From Octopus sinensis (Eukaryota), in assembly GCF_006345805.1 (NCBI RefSeq), contig NC_043014.1, forward strand, positions 37,944,001-38,008,000: DNA of 64,000 nucleotides. Direction: 5' to 3'. Below the pieces are notes generated by a model. That model made no database searches and was not told where the DNA came from. It saw only the letters and a list, made by a program, of their open reading frames with translations. This document shows, in pieces, positions 50,801-61,700 of this stretch; position 1 is the first letter of the stretch, and each line of letters starts with the position of its first letter. The position numbers and the translations under genes were made by a program.

Positions 50801-51180
50801 GCATTTCTTTGGCAAACATTTTTTGTTGCACGACGTGCTTCAGTTCTGTAGTGGCTATCTACACGACGTGAATTCCTTCGATTTTCATTTTATGTAGCAC
50901 GCTGAGCTGCCGTTCATTATTGGTTATCTACACGGCGTGCATTTCTTTGGCAAACATTTTTTGTTGCACGACGTGCTTCAGTTCTTTATTGGCTATCTAC
51001 ACGACGTGAATTCCTTTGAATTTCATTTTCTGTAGCATGCTGAGCTGCCGTTCATTAGTGGTTATCTACACGGCGTGCATTTCTTTGGCAAATATTCTTT
51101 GTTGCACGACGTGCTTCAGTTCTGTAGTGGCTGTCTACACGTCGTGAATTCCTTTGATTTTCATTATCTGTAGCACGCTG
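44890..51180. repeat. About 46-monomer higher-order repeat (~3.17 kb), two copies with nested sub-repeats
   Basis: Markers at 46601/49778 and 47270/50449. Nested ~755-bp (11-mer), 207-bp (48241/48448) and 138-bp (47581/47719/47857) periods. Confidence 0.88.
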
Positions 51181-54100
51181 AGGTGCCGTTCATTATTGGT
51201 TATCTACACGGCGTGCATTTCTTTGGCATTCATTTTATGTAGCACGAGGAGTTGCTTTTCATTGTTGGCTATCTACGCCGATCTGCCGTTCTTTGTTGGC
51301 TATCTACACGGCGTGCATTTCTTTGGCAATTATTTTTTGTTGCACGCTGATCTACTTTTCTTTGTTGGCTATGTACACGTTGTGCATTACTTTGAATTTC
51401 ATTTTCTGTTGCACGACGTGCTTCAGCCCTTTGTTGGCTATCTACACGGCGTGCATATCTTTGGCATTAGTTTCCTGTTGCATGCTGACCTGCCTTACTT
51501 TTTTGGCTATCTACACGTCGTGCTTTGACTTTCATCTTCTGTTGCACGACAAGCTGCTGTTCTTTGTTGGCTATCTACACGACGTGCATTCTTTTGACTT
51601 TCATTTCATGCTGTAAGTCGAGCTGCCGTTCTTCTTTGGCTATCTACACGTCGTGCATTTCATTGGTATTCGTTATCTGTTGCACGATGACCTGCCTTTC
51701 TTTTTTGGCTATCTACACGTTGTGCATTACTTTGACTTGCAGTTTCTGTTGCACGACGTGCTTCAGTTCTTTGTTGGCTATCTACGCGACATGCATTCTT
51801 TTGATTTTAATTTTCTGTTGCACGCCAACCTGCCGTTCGTTGTTGGCTATCTACACGGCGTGCATTTCTTGGGCTCTCGTTCTCTGTTGCACGATGACCT
51901 GCCTTTCTTTGTTGGCTATCTACACGGCGTGCATTTCTTTAGCATTCATTTTCTCTTGTTCGCATACTTGCCTTTCTTTGTTGGCTATCTACACGTCGTG
52001 CATTACTTTGCCTTTCATTTTCTGCTGCAAGTCGATCTGCGTTCTTCGTTAGCTATCTACACGTCGTGTATTACTTTGGCTTTCATTTCCTTCGTCACGT
52101 CGAGCTGCCGTTGTTTCTCGGCTATCTACCGTCCTGCATTTCTTTGGCTTTCATTTCCTGCTTCACGTCGTGCTGCTATTCTTTGTTTGCTATCTACACG
52201 GTGTGCATTTCTTCTCCATTCGTTTTCTATTGCACGCTGACCTGCATTTTTTTGTTGGCTATCTATAAGATGTGCATTATTTTGACTTTCATTGTCTGTT
52301 GCACAACAAGCTGCTATTGTTTGTTAGATATCTACACCACATGGATTCCTTTCATTTTCACTTTCTGTAGCACGAGGAGTTGCTGTTCATTTTTGGCTAT
52401 CTACACGTCGTGAATTCCATTGATTTTCAATTTTGATGTACGCCGAGCTGCCGTTCGTTCTGGGCTATCTACACGGCATGCATTTCTTTGGCATTCATTT
52501 CACGTTGTACACTGAACTGCCTTTCTTTGTCGGCTATCTACACGGCGTGCATTTATTTGGAATTCGTTTTGTGTTGCACGATGACCTGCCTTTCTTTGCT
52601 GGCTATCTACACAGCGTGCATTTCTCTGGAATTCCTTTTCTGCTGCACGATGACCTTCCTTTCTTTGTTGGCTATCTACACGGCGTGTAATACTTTGACT
52701 TTAAATTACACGTCGTGCATTCTATTGATTTTTATTTTATGTTGCAAGCTGAGCTGCCGTTCGTTGTTCGCTATCTACACGACGTGCATTCTTTTGACTT
52801 AGTTCATGCTGTAAGTCGAGGTGCCGTTCTTCGTTGGCTATCTACACGTCGTGTATTACTTTGGCTTTAATTTTCTGTTGCACGACAAGCTGCCGTTCTT
52901 TGTTGGCTAACTACACGGCGTGCAATACTTTCACATTCATTTTCTGTTGGGTATCTACACTACGTGCATTCCTTTCATTTTCCTTTTCTGTAGCACGAGG
53001 ATTTGCCATTCATTGCTGGCTATCTCCACGTGGTGCATTCCTTTGATTTTAATTTTCTGTTGCACGCCGAGCTGCCGTTCGTTGTTTGCTATCTACACGT
53101 CATGCACTTCTTTGGCATTCATTTTCTGTTGCACGTTGACCCGCCTTTCATTGTTGGCTATCTACACGTCGTGCATTACTTTAACTTTCATATTCTGTTT
53201 GTACGAAGTGCTTCATTTCTTTATTGTCTATCTACACGACGTGCATTCCTTTGATTTTCATTTTCTGTAGCACGAGAAGTTGCCGTACATTGTGGGCTAT
53301 CTACACGTCGAGCATGTCTTTGACCTTCATTGTCTGCTGCAAGTCGAGCTGCCGTTATTCGTTGGCTATTTACACGGCGTGCATTTCTTTGCCATTCGTT
53401 TTCTGTTGCCCGCTGAGCTGCCTTTCTTGGCTATTGATACGACGTTGTTCCCTTGATTTTCATTTTCTGTTGCACGCCGAGCTGCCGTTCATTGTTGGGT
53501 ATCTACACGGCGTGCATTTCTTTGGCATTCACTTTCTGATGCACGCTGACCTGCATTTCATTGTTGGCTATTTACACGGCGTGTATTACTTTGACTTTCA
53601 TATTCTGTTGCACGTTGCGCTTCATTTCTTTGTTGGCTATCTACACGACGTGCAATCCTTTGATTTTCATTTTCTATAGCGCAAGGTGCTGCCGTTCGTT
53701 GTTGGCTATCTACACGTCGTGCATTTCTTTAGCCTTCATTTCCCACTGCCCGTCGAGCTGCCGTTCTTCGTTGGCTAAGTACACGGCATTCATTTTTTCT
53801 TGCTCGAAGAGTTGTTTGCTATCTACACGTCGTGTATTTCTTTGCCTTGTATTTTCTTTTGACGACGAGCGGCCTGCCGTTCTTTGATGGCTATCTACAC
53901 GGCCCGCATTTCTTTGGCTATCACTTCCTGTCGTACGACGGCCTGCCGTTCTTTGTTGGCTATCTACACGTCGTTCAATTCGTTGACTCCTATTTCATGT
54001 TGCACGACGAGCTGCCGTTCTCTGATGGCTATCTACACGTTGTGCATATATTTGGCTTTCATTTATTGTTGCACGTCAAGCTGCCTTTCTTCGTTGGCTA

Positions 54101-55749
54101 TCTACACACCATGCATTTCTTTGGCATTCATTTTCTATTGCACGTCGGCCTGCCGTTCTTTATTGGCTATCTACGCGGCGTGCATTTCTTTAACTTTCAT
54201 TTCCTATTGCACGAATACATATCGTTCCTTGTTGGCTATTTACATTTCTTTCAATCTCGTGTTCTGTTGCCCGACGAGCTGTCCTTCTTCATTGGCTATC
54301 TACACGTCATGCATTTCCCTGGCTTTTACTTTCTACTGCCCGTCAAGCTGCCGTTGTTTTTATCTATCGACACGTCGTCAATTTCTCTGGCTTTAATTTT
54401 TGTTGCACGACGAGCTGCCGTTCTTTGTTGGCTACCTTCACGTCGTGCATTACTTTGACTTTTCTGTCGCACGTTGAGGTGCCGTTTTTTTGTTGACTAT
54501 CGAAACGTCGTGCATTTCTTTGGCATTCATTTTCTGTTGCACGAAGAGCTGCCTTTCTTTGTTGGCTATCTACACGATATGCATTTCCTGCTGCATGCCG
54601 AGCTGCTGTTAGTGTTGGATATCTACTCGACGTGTAATTTTGCCTTTCGTTTTCTGCTGCACAAGGAGCTGACGTTCTGTGTTGGCTATCTACACGCCGT
54701 GCATTTGTTTGATTCTCATTTTCTGTTGCACGACGAGCTGCCCTTCTTGGTTGGCTATCTACAAATCGTGCAATTTTTTGGCCTTCATTTGCTGTCGCTC
54801 AACGTGCTGCCGTTTTCTGTTGGCTATGTACACGCCGTGCATTTCTTTGGCTTTTATTTTCTGTTGCACCAAGAGCTTTTGACTATTTACACGTCCTGCA
54901 GTTTTTTGGCTTTCATTTCCTGTTGCACGAAGAGCAGCCGTTTTTTTTATGGCTATCTACACGTCGTGCATCTCTTTGGCTTTCATGTTTTTGTTTCAGG
55001 ATGAGCTGTCGTTCTTTCTTTGCTATCTACACGTCGTGCATTTCTTAGGCTTTCATTACCTGTTGCACGACGGCCTGCCGTTCTTCGTTGGCTATCAACA
55101 CGGCGTGCATTTCTTTGACTTCAATTTTCTGTTGCACGAAGAGCTGCCGATCTTTGTTGGTTATTTACACGACGCTGATGTTTTGCCTTTCATTTTTTGT
55201 TGCACGACGAGCTGCTTCTCTCTGTTGGCTATCTACACGTCGTGCATTTATTTGGTTTTCATTTTCTGTTGCACGACGAGCTGCACGAAGTCCTGCCGTT
55301 CTTTGTTGGCTATCTACACGACGTGCATTTCTTGGCTCTCATTTCCTGATGCACGTCAAGCTGCCGTCTTTTGTTGGCTATCTACACGTCGTCCATTTTT
55401 CTGACCTTCAATTTCTGTTGCACGACGAACTGTCGTTCTTTGTTGGCTATCCACACGTCATGCATTTCTTTGGCTTTTATTTTCTGTTGCACGAAGAGCT
55501 GTTGGCTATCTACACGTCGTACATATCTTTGACTTTCATTTTCTGTTGCACCTCGAACTGCCGTTCTGTGTTGGCTATCTACACGACGTGCATTTCTTGG
55601 CTCTCATTTTCTGATGCACGTCAAGCTGCCGTCTTTTGTTGGCTATCTACACGTCGTCCATTTTTCTGACCTTCAATTTCTGTTGCACGACGAACTGTCG
55701 TTCTTTGTTGGCTATCCACACGTCGTACATATCTTTGACTTTCATTTTC

Positions 55750-58700
55750 TGTTGCACGACGAGCTGTCGTTCTTTGTTGACTATTTATACGTCGTGCATT
55801 TCATTGGCTTTCATTTTCTGTTGCACGACGAGCTGTCGTTCTTTGTTGACTATTTATACGTCATGCATTTCATTGGCTTTCATTTTTTGTTGCACGACGA
55901 GCTGTCGTTCTTTGTGACTATTTATACGTCGTGCATTTCATTGGCTTTCATTTTTTGTTGCACGACGAGCTGTCGTTCTTTGTTGACTATTTATACGTCG
56001 TGCATTCATTGGCTTTCATTTTTGTTGCACGACGAGCTGTCGTTCTTTGTTGACTATTTATAACGTCGTGCATTTCATTGGCTTTCATTTTTTGTTGCAC
56101 GACGAGCTGTCGTTCTTTGTTGACTATTTATACGTCGTGCATTTCATTGGCTTTCATTTTCTGTTGCACGACGAGCTGTGTCGTTCTTTGTTGACTATTT
56201 ATACGTCGTGCATTTCATTGGCTTTCATTTTTTGTTGCACGACGAGCTGTCGTTCTTTGTTGACTATTTATACGTCGTGCATTTCATTGGCTTTCATTTT
56301 CTGTTGCACGACGAGCTGGTCGTGTCTTTGTTGACTATTTATACGTCGTGCATTTCATTGGCTTTCATTTTCTGTTGCACGACGAGCTGTCGTTCTTTGT
56401 TGACTATTATACGTCGTTGCATTTCATTGGCTTTCATTTTTTGTTGCCACGACGAGCTGTCGTTCTTTGTTGACTATTTATACGTCGTGCATTTCATTGG
56501 CTTTCATTTTTTGTTGCACGACGAGCTGTCGTTCTTTGTTGACTATTTATACGTCGTGCATTCATTGGCTTTCATTTTTTGTTGCACGACGAGCTGTCGT
56601 TCTTTGTTGACTATTTATACGTCGTTGCATTTCATTGGCTTTCATTTTTTGTTGCACGACGAGCTGTCGTTCTTTGTTGACTATTTTTACTCGTGCATTT
56701 CATTGGCTTTCATTTTTTGTTGCACGACGAGCTGTCGTTCTTTGTTGACTATTATACGTCGTGCATTTCATTGGCTTTCATTTTCTGTTGCACGACGAGC
56801 TGTCGTTCTTGTTGACTATTTATACGTCGTGCATTTCATTGGCTTTCATTTTTTGTTGACACGACGAGCTGTCGTTTTTGTTGACTATTTATACGTCGTG
56901 CATTTCATTGGCTTTATTTTGTGTTGCACGACGAGCTGTCGTTCTGTTGACTATTTATACGTCGTGCATTTCATTGGCTTTCATTTTTTGTTGCACGACG
57001 AGCTGTTTCTTTGTTGACTATTTATACGTCGTGCATTTCATTGGCTTTCATTTTTTGTTGCACGACGAGCTGTCGTTCTTTGTTGACTATTTATACGTCG
57101 TGCATTTCATTGGCTTTCATTTCTGTTGCACGACGAGCTGTCGTTCTTGTTGACTATTATACGTCGTGCATTTCATTGGCTTTCATTTTTTGTTGCACGA
57201 CGAGCTGTCTTCTTTGTTGACTATTTATACGTCGTGCATTTCATTGGCTTTCATTTTTGTTGCACGACGAGCTGTCGTTCTTTGTTGACTATTTATACGT
57301 CGTGCATTTCATTGGCTTTCATTTTTTGTTGCACGACGAGCTGTCGTTCTTTGTTGATTTAACGTCGTGCATTTCATTGGCTTTCATTTTCTGTTGCACG
57401 ACGAGCTGTCGTTCTTTGTTGACTATTTATACGTCGTGCATTTCCATTGGCTTTCATTTTTTGTTGCACGACGAGCTGTCGTTCTTTGTTGACTATTTAT
57501 ACGTCGTGCATTTCATTGGCTTTCATTTTCTGTTGCACGACGAGCTGTCGTTCTTTGTTGACTATTTATACGTCGTGCATTTCATTGGCTTTCATTTTTT
57601 GTTGCACGACGAGCTTGTAGTTCTTTGTTGACTATTTATACGTCGTGCATTTCATTGGCTTTCATTTTTGTTGCACGACGAGCTGTCGTTCTTTGTTGAC
57701 TATTTATACGTCGTGCATTTCATTGGCTTTCATTTTCTGTTGCACGACGAGCTGTCGCTCTTTGTTGACTATTTATACGTCGTGCATTTCATTGGCTTTC
57801 ATTTTTTGTTGCACGACGAGCTGTCGTTCTTGTTGACTATTTATACGTCGTGCATTTCATTGGCTTTCATTTTCTGTTGCACGACGAGCTGTCGTTCTTT
57901 GTTGACTATTATACGTCGTGCATTCATTGGCTTTCATTTTTTGTTGCACGACGAGCTGTCGTTCTTTGTGACTATTTATACGTCGTGCATTTCATTGGCT
58001 TTCATTTTTTGTTGCACGACGAGCTGTCGTCTTTGTTGACTATTTATACGTCGTGCATTTCATTGGCTTTCATTTTCTGTTGCACGACGAGCTGTCGTTC
58101 TTTGTTGACTATTTATACGTCGTGCATTTCATTGGCTTTCATTTTTTGTTGCACGACGAGCTGTCGTTCTTGGTTGACTATTTATACGTCGTGCATTTCA
58201 TTGGCTTTCATTTTTTGTTGCACGACGAGCTGTCGTTCTTTGTTGACTATTTATACGTCGTGCATTTCATTGGCTTTCATTTTTGTTGCACGACGAGCTG
58301 TCGTTCTTGTTGACTATTTATACGTCGTGCATTTCATGGCTTTCTTTTTTTGTTGCACGACGAGCTGTCGTTCTTTGTGGACTATTTATACGTCGTGCAT
58401 TCATTGGCTTTCATTTTCTGTTGCACGGACGAGCTGTCGTTCTTTGTTGACTATTTATACGTCGTGCATTTCATTGCTTTCATTTTTTGTGCACGACGAG
58501 CTGTCGTTCTTTGTTGACTATTTATACGTCGTGCATTTCATGGCTTTCATTTTTTGTTGCACGACGAGCTGTCGTTCTTTGTTGACTATTTATACGTCGT
58601 GCATTTCATTGGCTTTCATTTTTGGTTTGCCGACGAGCTGTCGTTCTTGTTGACTATTATAGTCGTGCATTTATTGGCTTTCATTTTCTGTTGAACGACG

Positions 58701-61700
58701 AGCTGTCGTTCTTTGTTGACTATTTATACGTCGTGCATTCATTGGCTTTCATTTTTGTTGCACGACGAGCTGTCGTTCTTTGTTGACTATTTATACGTCG
58801 TGCATTTCATTGGCTTTCATTTTCTGTTGCACGACGAGCTGTCGTTCTTTGTTGACTATTTATACGTCGTGCATTTCATTGGCTTTCATTGTTGTTGCAC
58901 GACGAGCTGTCGTTCTTTGTTGACTATTTATACGTCAGTGCATTTTCATTGGCTTTCAGTTTTTGTTGCACGACGAGGTCGTTTTTTGTTGACTATTTGT
59001 ACGTCGTGCATTTCATTGGCTTTCATTTTTGTTGCACGACGAGCTGTCGTTCTTTGTTGACTATTTATACGTCGTGCATTTCATTGGCTTTCATTTTTTG
59101 TTGCACGACGAGCTGTCGTTCTTTGTTGACTATTTATACGTCGTGCATTTCATTGGCTTTCATTTTTTGTTGCACGACGAGCTGTTCGTTCTTTGTTGAC
59201 TATTTATTACGTCGTGCATTTCATTGGCTTCATTTTTTGTTGCACGACGAGCTGTCGTTCTTTGTTGACTATTTATACGTCTGGCATTTCATTGGCTTTC
59301 ATTTTTGTTGCACGACGAGCTGTCGTTCTTTGTTGACTATTTATACGTCGTGCATTTCATTGGCTCATTTTTTGTTGCACGACGAGCTGTCGTTCTTGTT
59401 GACTATTTATACGTCGTGCATTTCATTGGCTTTCATTTTTTGTTGAACGACGAGCTGTCGTTCTTTGTGACTATTTATACGTCGTGCATTTCATTGGCTT
59501 TCATTTCTGTTGCACGACGAGCTGTCGTTCTTTGTTGACATTTATAACGTCGTGCATTTCATTGGCTTTCATTTTTTGTTGCACGACGAGCTGTCGTTCT
59601 TTGTTGACTATTTATACGTCGTGCATTTCATTGGCTTTCATTTTTTGTTGCACGACGAGCTGTCGTTCTTTGTTGACTATTTATACGTCGTGCATTTCAT
59701 TGCTTTCATTTTTGTTGCACGACGAGCTGTCGTTCTTTGTTGACTATTTATACGTCGTGCATTTCATTGGCTTTAATTTTCTGTTGCACGACGAGCTGTC
59801 GTTCTTTGTTGACTATTTATACGTCGTGCATTTCATTGGCTTTCATTTTTTTTTGCACGACGAGCTGTCGTTCTTGTGACTATTTATACGTCGTGCATTT
59901 CATTGGCTTTCATTTTCTGTTGCACGACGAGCTGTCGTTCTTTGTTGATATTTATACGTCGTGCATTTCATTGGCTTTCATTTTTTGTGTGCACGACGAG
60001 CTGTCGTTCTTTGTTGAATATATTAACGTCGTGCATTCATTGGCTTCATTTTTTGTTGCACGACTCTTTTGAGCGTCGTTCTTGTTGACTATTTATACGT
60101 CGTGCATTTCATTGGCTTTCATTTTCTGTTGCACGACGAGCTGTCGCTCTTTGTGACTATTTATACGTCGTGCATTTCATTGCCTTCATTTTTTGTTGCA
60201 CGACGAGCTGGTCGTTCTTTGTTGATATTTATACGTCGTGCATTTCATTGGCTTTCATTTTTCTGTTGCACGACGAGCTGTCGTTCTTTGTTGACTATTT
60301 ATACGTCGTGCATTTCATTGGCTTTCATTTTTTGTTGCACGACGAGCTGTCGTTCTTTGTTGACTATTTATACGTCGTGCATTTCATTGGCTTTCATTTT
60401 TTGTTGCACGACGAGATGTCGTTCTTTGTTGACTATTTATACGTCGTGCATTTCATTGGCTTCATTTTCTGTTGCACGACGAGCTGTCGTCGTCTTGTTG
60501 ACTATTATACGTCGTGCATTTCATTGGCTTTCATTTTTTGTTGCACGACGAGCTGTCGTTCTTTGTTGACTATTATACGTCGTGCATTTCATTGGCTTTC
60601 ATTTTTGTTGCACGACGAGCTGTCGTTCTTTGTTGACTATTTATAGTCGTGCATTTCATTGGCTTTCATTTTTTGTTGCACGACGGACGAGCTGTCGTTC
60701 TTTGTTGACTATTTATAACGTCGTGCATTTCATTGGCTTCATTTTTTGTTGCACGACGAGCTGTCGTTCTTTGTTGACTATTTATACGTCGTGCATTCAT
60801 TGGCTTTCATTTCTCGTTGCACGACGAGCTGTCGTTCTTTGTTGACTATTTATACGTCGTGCATTTCATTGGCTTTCATTTTTGTTGCACGACGAGCTGT
60901 CGTTCTGTGTGACTATTTATACGTCGTGCATTCATTGGCTTTCATTTTTTGTTGCACGACGAGCTGTCGTTCTTTGTTGACTATTATACGTCGTGCATTT
61001 CATTGGCTTCATTTTTGGTTGCACGACGAGCTGTCGTTCTTTGTTGACTTATTTATACGTCGTGCATTTCATTGGCTTTCATTTTCTGTTGCACGACGAG
61101 CTGTCGTTCTTTGTTGACTATTTATACGTCGTGCATTTCATGGCTTTCATTTTTTGTTGCACGACGAGCTGTCGTTCTTTGTTGACTTTATACGTCGTGC
61201 ATTTCATTGGTTTCATTTTTCTGTTGCACGACGAGCTGTCGTTCTTTGTTGACTATTTATACGTCGTGCATTTCTTGGCTTTCATTTGTTGTTGCACGAC
61301 GAGCTGTCGTTCTTTGTTGACTATTATACGTCGTGCATTCCATTGGCTTTCAGTTTTTGTTGCACGACGAGCTGTCGTTCTTTGTTGACTATTATACGTC
61401 GTGCATTTCATTGGCTTCATTTTTTGTTGCACGACGAGCTGTCGTTCTTTGTTGACTTTATACGTCGTGCATTTCATTGGCTTCATTTTTTGTTGCACGA
61501 CGAGCTGTCGTTCTTTGTTGACTATTTATACGTCGTGCATTTCATTGGCTTTCATTTTTTGTTGCACGACGAGCTGTCGTTCTTGTTGACTATTTATACG
61601 TCGTGCATTTCATTGGCTTTCATTTTTGGTTGCACGACGAGCTGTCGTTCTTTGTTGACTATTTATTACGTCGTGCATTCATGGCTTTCATTTTTTGTTG

